64,000 bases of DNA from Eledone cirrhosa (taxonomy: Eukaryota): positions 14,694,001 to 14,758,000 of the forward strand of contig OZ024757.1 of NCBI GenBank assembly GCA_964016885.1, in the 5' to 3' direction. Shown here piece after piece: positions 39,376 through 56,624 of this stretch. Numbering within the stretch: the first letter of the stretch is position 1; each line of letters opens with the position of its first letter. Under the pieces are notes generated by a model. The model saw only the letters and a program-made list of their open reading frames with translations, ran no database searches and was not told the origin of the DNA. Made by a program: the position numbers and the translations under genes.

Positions 39376-40241
39376 TGTATACACTTTATATACATATTGT
39401 ACAGTATATGTACACTGTGTAAACATTATATATATACTATATATGTCAGGTCACCAGTTGGTGCTACTGGTAACATGTATCCCAGTACAACCTGTCTCAT
39501 GGTCGGGTCGTTGGCGACTAAACTAGCAACCCCACCAAGGTTTCTTGGTGAGGAGAGTGACTTTGGACATCCTGCAGGACTAAAAACAAAACCTGTCAAA
39601 GGGCAAAGGAGCTCGTAAGAGTCAATGGCCATCCAAAATCACCGGGAGAGATGACCCATTAGCCTTTGTCAAGGCAGAATTCTAGGAGAAGGAAAACTCT
39701 GATATAACACCTGCAACCCTGATGGTATCCACTGATATTGACTTGTTCTTCTTTTTGGTAAATATCATCTTGGTTAAGAGAGTGGGACTGGCTTTGTGCA
39801 GTGCCGTTGCTCACTATAAAAGCTTCACGGCACACACAGGCATTGCTTTATATCTGGAGATCTCTCTGCACTTGTCGTCACATGGTACCATGGGCCCAGC
39901 ACTATGTGTCAATAATTGTCACAAGTGTAGTGTTTGTACCAGAGTTTTCAAGGCACTGGCTGGACTAAAAAGTCACACTCGTTCAGCGCATCGGTAGGGG
40001 TTCTGCTACATGGATATAAAGTAATGCCCGTACTCGAAAACGAGTTGGCAGCCACCATATACACACACACATATATATATATAATTATGTCTCATAAAAT
40101 AATACAACTGGCTATCCGCAAAATACGTATAGTTAGCACCCCAAACGTATAATTGGGATTATACTAAGGTATATCCTAATGTTTGTTGAGTGAGACGGAA
40201 GCCAGTCGGAGTATTTCTTAAAGCTTTCTCTGTTAATGTAT

Positions 40242-40326
<85 letters not shown>

Positions 40327-40640
40327 CAATATATACATGCATAACAGTTAGATACATATTTATATATACATCATATGAAGGAGTCGGGACCCCAACAGCT
40401 GAGCTCTTGCTGTTTCAACAGCTAGCAAGTATTGAGTACTATGGTGAGTAATGGTCTAACAGTTTTTTTACTGCATCTATTCTAATTTATATAGCTCCTA
40501 ATTCCGTGGTGGAGCACTCTTAGACCCATACCACAACACTACTCCTTCATATTACCCACTCTACTACCCCAAGTATCAAATACTCTGGTGTGTAATGAAT
40601 GGCCTAACAGGTTTTTACTACATCCATTCTGATTTATATA

Positions 40641-40708
<68 letters not shown>

Positions 40709-40969
40709 TCAACAACATTTTAGGTCTATTTGCCATGCTTGCATGGGTCAAACAAGTTGTCCTGTTATAAGGTTAAATAAGTCAGATGGCAATGTTTCAC
40801 ATATATTCCATTCTGTCATGGTTTCTATGGTTGGATTTACGAGTCTATTATTCCCACTCTTTCTAATGGCCCATTTGTGTGGTGGTAATTTTAATGGCTT
40901 GATTTATTCACCGGGCAGAAAGCGATACATCTACATCTACGTGGATTTATATCTAGTAGGTTTGGAAAA

Positions 40970-41049
40970 GCTATCTGAAGAGCTATATCTTTCCATTGGA
41001 AATTCTCTGAATTTCCAATCTTTTGATCAACGAAACCGTCGGTCATGGC
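40970..41049 (+). ncRNA. Hammerhead ribozyme, family G-related
   Basis: gctat CTGAAGA [stem II, partly mismatched] GAAA ccgtcgg TC atggc. Shares the downstream cactagaagaggtaaatattta tail with the 7078 copy. Confidence 0.7.
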
Positions 41050-41434
41050 ACTAGAAGAGGTAAATATTTAAATAGTATTTTAATTTATTTAAAAGATTGT
41101 TTAATGTTTACTTGTTCCGCTCATATTTACAGTTCTGGTATCTCAAATTAGTACCATAGAACAACCACTATTATAGACACCATATATATTTCCGTGGGTA
41201 CTTAGTACCTACGGGAATATCTATATCATTTATCTGAATTCTCCTTAATGTTGAGAAAAAAATGTTGTATCATGCTGCTATTTCTAGTAACATGAAATAT
41301 CAACTAGTCTATTATTTCCGCTCTTTCTAACGGCCCATTTGTGTGTGGGTCATTTGAATGGCTTGATTCATTCACCGGGCAGAAAGCGATACATCTACAT
41401 CTACGTGGATTTATATCTAGTAGGTTTGGAAAAA

Positions 41435-41513
41435 CTATCTGAAGAGCTATATCTTTCCATTGGAAATTCTCTGAATTTCCGATCTTTTGATTAGCGAAAC
41501 CATTGGTCATGGC
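41435..41513 (+). ncRNA. Hammerhead ribozyme, family G-related, tandem copy
   Basis: ctat CTGAAGA gcta...tagc GAAA ccattgg TC atgg. GUC triplet. Confidence 0.8.
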
Positions 41514-41583
41514 ACTAGAAGGGGTAAATATTTAAATCGTATTTTAATTTATTTAAAAGATTGTTTAATGTTTACTTGTTCCG

Positions 41584-41653
<70 letters not shown>

Positions 41654-41743
41654 TATATAGTAATAATAAAAAATGTGGAGACTAAAATCCGAAGAGGCTC
41701 AATAAGGATTATAGACTTCTGCGTCCACAGATTGATATTTTTT

Positions 41744-41794
41744 AGTTTCAGAAGATCCCATTAAGGGTGAAAGCAGCGATTCTTTGCTTGAACT
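41744..41794 (+). ncRNA. Hammerhead-like RNA, family F
   Basis: Same fold and CAGAAGA core as 5541. Confidence 0.55.
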
Positions 41795-42115
41795 TTAATC
41801 TGTTATTTTAATAAATATATATAATTAGAATTTAGTTTAAACATAGCTGTATAGAAATATTTAAGTTCGAAATGCATAGACAATTATCCCCCTTGCTTCT
41901 GCTTAGCGGCGCTGACTGCCAGCCTTCTATTAATAGCTGAGGCTTTCAAAATATTTATTTATTAAACATACCGTATATTTTTAGATTATCGAAATTCATA
42001 TATATATATATATATCATCATCATCATCCTCATCATCGTTTAACGTTCATCGTCTATTATGATGATCATGATGATCATGATGATCATGATGATGATATGT
42101 ATATATATATATGTG

Positions 42116-42280
42116 TATAAAATGTTGAAAAGGTAACACACGAGAGAGAGATACAGTGCGCTATCAGTAAAACAGGGGAAAACCACCAGTGTATAGATTC
42201 CATACACTGGTGGTTTTTACCTGTTTTATTGATAGCGCACTGTTTCTCTATCTAGTGTGCTACCTTTTCAACATTTTGTA
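42116..42280. repeat. Imperfect hairpin, about 80-bp arms
   Basis: aaaatgttgaaaaggta...accagtgtat agattcc atacactggt...taccttttcaacatttt. No ribozyme core seen. Confidence 0.8.
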
Positions 42281-42376
42281 TTTTAAAGAGCTCAGGATTC
42301 CTTCTCCTTTGAACACATTACTGACAGCGAATAGCGAGAGCCTATGGCTCCGTTAATTTATCGTGATATATATGTG

Positions 42377-42448
<72 letters not shown>

Positions 42449-42849
42449 TTAATGCACTGTGGTGAGATGTTCTGTCTTTAATGCATCGAAACATCAGCAA
42501 CCCACAGCAGACAGCCGAAGTCCAGGAATTGTCCTTATGTTTGTGTTTGTTTTACATTTTCCAAACAATATATATATATATCTATATATATATATATAGC
42601 CAGCACTATACAACATCCCTTACCAACACCATCACCACACCATCTCCACCATACCATCTCCACCACCACCACCACCAATTACTAACCTTAGGTTGATCCT
42701 TCTTGTTAACAGATGTCTTATCCTCCAGGGGAGACAGCACCACAACATCCTTTAACACCACCACCACTATTATACTCCTCCAACACCAAACCCCACCACC
42801 ATTATACTCCCCCCCTCCACCCCCACCCCCACCGCCACCAATTACTAAC

Positions 42850-43286
42850 CTTAGGTTGATCCTTCTTGTTAACAGATGTCTTATCCTCTGTGTTCCTCTT
42901 GTCGATCTGTTCAGGGGAGACAACACTCAGATTGCTGGAATGTCCATCATACTGTACCACCACAGAGCTTCCGTTACTCCCGCTGTTGAGGCTGTCATCG
43001 TTGTGGCACTGGTTGCTCGACGACGACGACGACGACGACGACAATTTCGGCGACACCGCCTTCGACGACAGGCACAACTTGGCCTGCTTCTGATGCACCG
43101 AGCTCTTCGCGTGCATCTGTTCGGTGGTTGAACGGCGCAGCGCCTGTTCCAACGGCCGATGGTGACTGCACTGTAAACTCTGTGATTGCACACTGCTCTG
43201 TGTAGAGGAGACCTGATGATGGCGACCCATTTGATGTTGCTGGAGAGCTTGTTGTTTAAGAATACCTTTCACTTCTTTTTTGCTCC
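42850..43286 (-). CDS. C1orf21: C1orf21-like gene, exon 2 (low-complexity Q/S/H-rich, GSKKEVKGILKQ...KKDQPK)
   Basis: Long polypyrimidine tract plus gatatttcag acceptor. Only the phase-1 frame is open, matching exon 1. Donor aag|gttagt (phase 0). Confidence 0.7.
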
Positions 43287-43326
43287 CTGAAATATCAAAA
43301 AAAGAAAAAAAAAAGGAGGGATATAG

Positions 43327-43368
<42 letters not shown>

Positions 43369-43369
43369 A

Positions 43370-44455
43370 ATATATATCTACTACACAGATTACATACATA
43401 CACACACATATATTCAAGTATATCTACTACACACATTATATGCATACACAAATATATATGCGCACACACACGCACACACATATATATAAGTATATCTACT
43501 ACACACATTACATGCATACACAAATATATATGCGCACACACATGCACACACATATATTCAAGTATATCTACTACACACATTACATACATACACAAATATA
43601 TATGCGCACACACACGCACACACATATATTCAAGTATATCTACTACACACATTACATACATACACAAATATATATGCGCACACACACGCACACACATATA
43701 TATAAGTATATCTACTACACACATTACATACATACACAAATATATATGCGCACACACACGCACACACATATATATAAGTATATCTACTACACACATTACA
43801 TACATACACAAATATATATACGCACACACATATATATAAGTATATCTACTACACACATTACATACATACACAAATATATATGCGCACACACACGCACACA
43901 CATATATATAAGTATATCTACTACACACATTACATACATACACAAATATATATGCGCACACACACGCACACATATATATATAAGTATATCTACTACACAC
44001 ATTACATACATACACAAATATATATGCGCACACACACGCACACACATATATATAAGTATATCTACTACACACATTATATACATACACAAATATATATGCG
44101 CACACACACGCACACACATATATATAATTATATCTACTACACACATTACATACATACACAAATATATACGCGCACACACACGCACACACATATATTCAAG
44201 AATATCTACTACACACATTACATACATACAGAAATATATACGCGCACACACACGCACACACATATATATAAGTATATCTACTACACACATTACATACATA
44301 CACACATATATATGCGCACACACACACACACATATATTCAAGAATATCTACTACACACATTACATACATACACAAATATATGTGCGCACACACACACACA
44401 CACATATATATAAGTATATCCACTACAAACATACACACACACATATATTCATACA
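43370..44455. repeat. About 60-bp CA/TA-derived minisatellite
   Basis: Unit aagtatatctactacacacattacatacatacacaaatatatatgcgcacacacacgcacacacatatatat-like. Confidence 0.92.
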
Positions 44456-44771
44456 TAAATATATATATATCATCATGATCATCTTCGTTTAACGTCCATT
44501 TTCCACGCTAGCTTGGGTTAGACGGGAGTTGTCCCACTTGAGGCAAGGCTGGTCGGGTGACCGTGTCTCGCTCATACAGGTTTTCTACGGTTGGATGCCC
44601 TTCCTAACACCAACCACATTTACAGTGAGTGCACATATATATATATATATATATCTACTACACAGATTACATACATACACACACATATATTCAAGAATAT
44701 CTACTACACACATTACATACATACACAAATATATATGCACACACACATATATATAAGTATATCCACTACAA

Positions 44772-44838
<67 letters not shown>

Positions 44839-44952
44839 AACGAGTAGGACCCCGACGTCTGAGCTCAAGCCGTTTCGACGGCTAATTCTACCCTAAGTAT
44901 TGAGTACTTTGGTGCGTTATGGTCCACCTGGTTCCTTACCACATTTCCTTCG

Positions 44953-44985
<33 letters not shown>

Positions 44986-45356
44986 AACACATAAGTGTAT
45001 CCACTACACACACATATACACACACATATATATAAGTATATCCACTACAAACATACACACATATATATATATATATATATATACAAACACACAAACATAT
45101 AAATACATATATATATATATACACACAAAACACACACACTAACACATATATACAGACTCTTACTCTCTCACACACACACACAATCATATATATATATATA
45201 TATATACATGCACATACAAATATACATATTTACAACCCCCCCCCCTCACTCACACACTAACACACAGTCAAACTGCCCCCACCTCCAAATTCACCCACGC
45301 ATCCAACCCACCTAACCCACCAACCCAATCCACCCAACTTAAAGTCAACTACTTAC

Positions 45357-45507
45357 CGATTCTGTGAGAAGATTTGTCACCTTTCTTACAGATGTGTGAC
45401 TTTGGATGTTTCCTCATTGATGCACTGCAGTCCTTATCTACCTCCTCCAGGGAAGAGGTAGAATGTGGCTTGCTTCTGCCGCAGCCCATTGTCCCTTTTA
45501 ACAACAT
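45357..45507 (-). CDS. C1orf21: C1orf21/DUF4612-like gene, first coding exon (MLLKGTMGCGRSKPH...SHRI)
   Basis: Acceptor ttttgttaactttcag before 45537 and donor g|gtaagt after 45357 (phase 1). ATGs at 45507 and 45489; the second gives MGCxxS, matching the MGC N-terminus I recall for vertebrate C1orf21. Confidence 0.75.
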
Positions 45508-46449
45508 TGAGATACGATCTGCTACTAAAACTTGATTCTGAAAGTTAACAAAAGACAAAATGTTATGCATATATATATATATATGGAACGATCGACTTTC
45601 GTCAAATCGGACCGAGGGAACAATGTTTCCGTTGGTCTTTCCAATTACTAATACTATCTATCGGTCGCAACTCCAGGTAGAGGAGCAACGTGAAATAAAG
45701 TGTCTTGCTCAAGGACATAACGCATCGCCTGGTCCAACAAATGGAAACTATATTTATAAAACCATATTTATTTCATTATACATATTTCAGGGATACCATA
45801 TTAAAAATATGGCATGCCTTCGTCAGATAAAATACAATATATAGACAGTTTTATAAATAATTTTGACGTACCATAAAATATAAGCGACCATTAAGGTAGG
45901 AAGCTGAGAGAGAGTTAGCTAGACTCCATGAAGCTCAAGGGTCCCATTGAAATGAGGTCAAAGTTAAAGTAAGTTGATTTATCCAAAAACTTGGATATGC
46001 TATTGTTACAAAGCAAACTTACAATTTTTTTATTTTTAGTTGCAGTCTGACTGGACTGGAAACCATCTACTACAATTCACTTACTCATTTGTTGTATATA
46101 TTTTACCATTTGCTAATAAATATACCCTCTTACGTGGTCATGAAAACCTTCTTCCATGGTCTCTAAGCTCACAAAGCGGAGGGGACATCAAGTTAGATAT
46201 CAACATTTATTCTGTCTGTTTCATTAAAAAGAAAATTGGAAAGCTTTGAAATGAAATAATTGCCATTTTCTTCCAGATAAGACCACTCTTTCGATAGACA
46301 AAGTTGTTCTTGTATAAATGTTCAAAATAGCTGATATCGCCTGGTGGGAATATAACAAATTCAACTGGTCTTATTCATATAAAAGAACATTATGTTCCTT
46401 TTTTTGAAATTTATATACTTCCTTTCAAGGCATATGTTTATACTCTCAA

Positions 46450-51694
<5,245 letters not shown>

Positions 51695-51701
<7 letters not shown>

Positions 51702-52428
51702 TAAAATAACAGACTAAAGTTTAAGCAAAGAATCGCTGCTTTGACCCTTAACGGGATCTTCTGAAACTAACAAAGTCAATCTGTAAACGCAGAACTGGAT
51801 ATTTCAAAAAACGTTGCAACCGCAGGAAGAAAGGAAGACGATACGTTGGTTCGTGGAAACGTTCGCTGGCTAAGAACGGGAAAAAACTAATAATACGTCA
51901 TTAATAGGAGCGGTGAAAAACAATACGTGCAAAGACAGAACCGCGTTTATAGTATAATAGAGGTCGTAGACTAATGTTCTCTTAGGTGGTGCATAGAGAC
52001 GTTCTCTGGCGATGAACGAAAAAAACGAAGATAATACGTCATATGTGGAGCTTATTATCTTCGTTTTTTTCGTCATATGACGTATTATCTTCGTTTTTTT
52101 CGTTCATCGCCAGAGAACGTCTCTATGCACCACCTAAGAGAACATTAGTCTACGACCTCTATTATACTATAAACGTGGTTCTGTCTTTGCACGTATTGTT
52201 TTTCACCGCTCCTATTAATGACGTATTATATTCGTTTTTTCCCGTTCTTTGCCAGCGAACGTTTCCACGAACCAACGTATCGTCTTCCTGTCTTCCTCCG
52301 GTTGCAACGTTTTTTGAAATATCCAGTTCTGCGTTTACAGACTGACTTCGTTAGTTTCAGAAGATCCTGTTAAGGGTGAAAGCAGCGATTCTTTGCTTAA
52401 ACTTTAATCTGTTATTTTAATAAATATT
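51695..52428. repeat. Inverted repeat, about 350-bp arms (family F element)
   Basis: Left arm to about 52045 and right arm from about 52073, with scattered mismatches; the family tail continues to about 52515. Confidence 0.92.
52353..52403 (+). ncRNA. Hammerhead-like RNA, family F
   Basis: Same fold and CAGAAGA core, in the right arm of the 51695-52428 inverted repeat. Confidence 0.55.
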
Positions 52429-52527
52429 TGCTCTACGGTTCTTATATATTTGATATATATTTATCCTTATCGAGCCCTCTTTGGATTTTAGTCTTCAAAT
52501 TTATTATTATTACTATATATATATATA

Positions 52528-54199
52528 ATGATACGACAAATTTGAAATAAATTATGTGTCACCAATAAAAGTTAAAAAAAGTATTATTGAAAGTAAGAAA
52601 TTATAATTATTTAGTAATAATATTTTTATTGTTTGTTTTCACTGCATTAACTGCCGAGTGTGACTTTTATTTTTCTTACTATTTTCTACTGTAAATGGCG
52701 GCCGAGACGTTATTGGATTATTACTAAGGTTTACTGGATGATGGCGTTTCCTTATTGCATTATTTTACAAACAGTGGACATCGGAACCTCTCTCTATATA
52801 CCTGGGATAAATGTAAGGAGCATTGTTATGTTATATATAGTACAATGGTCATCTCTTCTTATATTTACATTTTCATCCCCAATTCTGTATTTGAAGTTAT
52901 TTCCTTATTTTCAATATTTCTATCATGTCACTCGTTTGATTAATCTCCTCCAAAGTTGTAATTCTAAGTGTTTGTCCTTGGTAGAGTGAACTAATGTTGA
53001 TATTTTCAAGTCTTGACATTTATATGGAATAGTGTACTAATATTTAAATAGTCCCTATATTTTTACCCCGTGTCCCCTAAGATTTATCTCCTCTAAATTT
53101 TCAAAAGTTTCTCATCTTCCTTAACACGGCAGATCCCTAAATAATTATATTGTTTTCTGTTTCTTCTCCTCTGGGTTGCTTCAAGAGCCTCACGGTTTTT
53201 TTGGGATGTCGGTTGACCATGGCCCAAAACAATATTCTCAGTGGTATCACACATATTCATCTAGAGTTTTAGATTTTTCAGCATTTAGCTAGGCAAAAGG
53301 ATGTTTTATTATTTCTATTATCCGTCTCGCTGTTTTGCTTCAGCATGGTTATCCCTATTTCATTTCATATTCATACATATTCAAAATTCTTCTGTGAGGG
53401 GTAAGACATATCCCGAAACATATAAGATGTCTCAATAATTATTCCATTTCAATCAATTTCTCATTTCAGTTTTCTTTAGAAATGTTTTGGCGTTGAAGAT
53501 ACATACATTTGTCCTTCTCATAGTAATTAGCTTGTCTCAAAATTGTTTGTATTTTTTCCATGTTTAGAGTCACAAACTATCGTTAATTCAAGATTTCGCT
53601 CTAATGTTATAAATGTTACATTTAAAAGACTGAAGCTCTCAATTTATTCTTTCTTTTGTATATTGATATCTAAAGAATTACACATGGATGTGGTAGGAGA
53701 AAAAAAACGACAGCCTTCTGCCCTCGCTATAGAAGTCTAACTGACAATGTCGTTCGCAGGAGTGACAAGTAGTCGACAACAGTGAGCTTCACGTGTTTAG
53801 TGATGGTCACCTTTTACTGCCTTCTATATACAATGTTAACTGGAAAGACTTGCCAAGTATGGATACACTCTCTCCTTATCAATATTGTCCGAGTCCGAGG
53901 ACATTTTCTCCCTGGTTAATGAGTGAGATAAAATATTAGGGATCAATCTCTAGCAATAATTTAATTATATTTAACCAAAAACTGTTATGTCGTGGTTGTT
54001 GTTATATTTTATAGTCGTGCTTTCACTGTTTATTAGGGGTTGTAGAATTAGTTTTATCTAATTATTATCAAACAAAAATTATGTATATATGGTCGTTGCA
54101 CGTTGAAATCACATATATAGATTTATATATACACCAAGGATGGAGGGAAGACGGAATTGAAAACCCTTATTGCTGAGCACAACATTGCAGGATCAAATC

Positions 54200-54262
<63 letters not shown>

Positions 54263-56586
54263 ATAATCAGGTATGACCATTGATGAATGTCCCTGCAGAT
54301 CATCAGGTTGTAGGATGAAATCAGCCCTATAGAAATGATAAATTATATGAAGGTATATTTTATGAAAGCTCGAGAAGAATAAAAATGGAAGTGAACCATT
54401 TTGAATTGTTAATATAATTGGGAAAGCCATGAAGGCACTACATCAATTTTTCTTTTAAATAGAAAGTAGGTGTATAAATATTAATTTTGATAATATTTAT
54501 GTAGCTGTCTCGGTAGCCTATTGGTAGGTGTTGAGACTGTGGTGTTGCTGGTCTGGGGTTCAATCTCAGTCAGGAATCTCTCGAAAAAATTTTTTTTTTA
54601 AATGTTTCATAAAATAAACAAAATATAGCGGTTGCAGGAATCTGACTGAGATCGAACACCAGACCAGGATCTGCACCCCTTCTAATACTTACCACTAGTC
54701 CACGGAGACGTTATAAAAACTCACTGAAAATTAATATTTATAAACCTACTTTTTCAATTTTTTATAAAAACAAGATTTCTGTACAAGGATTTTAGTGTAG
54801 ACCTGACAGAGATTGAACCCTCTAACCAGTATCACCCCTGTCTCTAATATCTACCACTAGACTACTGAGACTGTTACGAAATCAGAGTGAAAATTAATAT
54901 TTATAAACTTACTTTTTAATGGTTTTTATTTTAGAAGAGGTAAACTAAAAATAATAATCCCCATAGTGTAGAACCTGAAAGCGACTGAACTCTAGACCAG
55001 GATTTCACAGTCTCTAATACATACCACTGGGCCAGAGAGAATGTACGAATTCGTTCTGAAAATTAATATTTATGAAACTACATTTTGTTCGGAAGTAATT
55101 CAAATAAACTATTGTTTCAGACGATCCCGTAACAAGTTGAAAGCAGCGATTCTTTGCTTAAACTTTAATTTGTACTCATAATAAATAAATAAACATATAT
55201 ATTTATGTGTGTATACATATATATGCGTTGCTCTGATGCTATTTCTAGCAAATTTATTGTTTTTTATGAAAAATACAGAAACCGGAACTGAAAAGATTTA
55301 AACATCTTTGGTCAAAATTCAGGCGAACTTTTTTAAACAAAAGGATTTTTTTTGTAAACAAACTTGAAATTTTTGCCAAGAAACATAACTCTTGCCTGAC
55401 TTAAACGCAAAAATTGATGCAAAAATTTTGCGTGTGTGCAAATTATAGGGACTGTACGAATTCATTGTGACAATTAATATTTATAAAACTACATTTTGTT
55501 CGGTTGAAAACTCGATGTAGTGGCGTTCATGGCTTTGTCGGGACGTCCTTGAATTCATCCCCCGAAGGGAATTCATAAAGTAAATCTAGACTTTATTTCT
55601 CATTGCTCTAGGCTTGATTTGAACCTACAACGACTCCGTCTGCAATAATGTCATACGTCATTCCAGCTTAGTAGGTCGTGCCCGTAAATTGGTAAACGTA
55701 ATTCCTATACATACATGCAAGTAAGATTTGAACCGACAATGCTGTGCTTAATTTCTATTAATAAGTGTGTTTTATAAAAGAAAGTAAAGAAACAATTTAA
55801 TGAAAGTAACAAATTTATTTTATTCAGTAATGTTTTTTTTAATTTTATTTATTCACTTCATTGACTGCTGAATAGTTCTCTTGTTTTTGTTTGTTCTAAC
55901 ATTGTTTACTGTAAATGTTGACTGTGACGAGACTGGATTATTACCAAGTTTTACTGGATGATGGCATTTCCTTATTGTATTATTTTGTTGTCAGTCGACA
56001 TCTGGACATCTCTCTGAATACCTGGAATAAACATAAGGTGTGTCTTTTACGTAACATTTCATTTAATATCTGATATTCCAATGGATCACTTTTAAAATAA
56101 AACCAATACACAGGACAGGTAGACTACATCAAAAGAGACCAGAGATGAGGTACGAATAATCTAAAATTAATTTAAAAAAAAAGACAATGTTTAAAGAAAG
56201 ACAAACATTAAAAAAGGATTTCCAACAAACACGTAAAGATAAAGACAATCACATCCACAATTTAATATCTGGAGATCAACATTTTTCACGGTATAGATAA
56301 AACTAAATATGTAAAGTTAAGTGACCTCTCATTTATTTGCTCTAACTTTATTTTACTAATCTGTATTCTGTAGACATATATTTTCGTTGGTGTACATTAC
56401 GATTTCGTTGATGAAAGTTTTCACTCATCTTTAGATCTTTATTTCTTATAATACTCACCTCTTCCTATTATATTTTCATATATACATATATATATTTACT
56501 TTTACCTGGAGTTTCGACCGATAGATAGTATTAGCAATTGGAAAGACCAATGGAGATATTGTTTCCTCGCTCCGATTTGACGAATG

Positions 56587-56624
<38 letters not shown>

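Noticed and set aside
42927-43193. Protamine-like Arg/Cys-rich ORF (CRRRRCRRNCRRRRRRRR)
   Set aside because: It is the shifted frame of the Ser-rich (TCG)n exon 2, starts at a non-ATG codon and has no independent support.
52660-52989. Hydrophobic 109-aa ORF repeated at 58912
   Set aside because: GTG start, AT-rich, and not maintained in the other two copies; the similarity is explained by the duplication.
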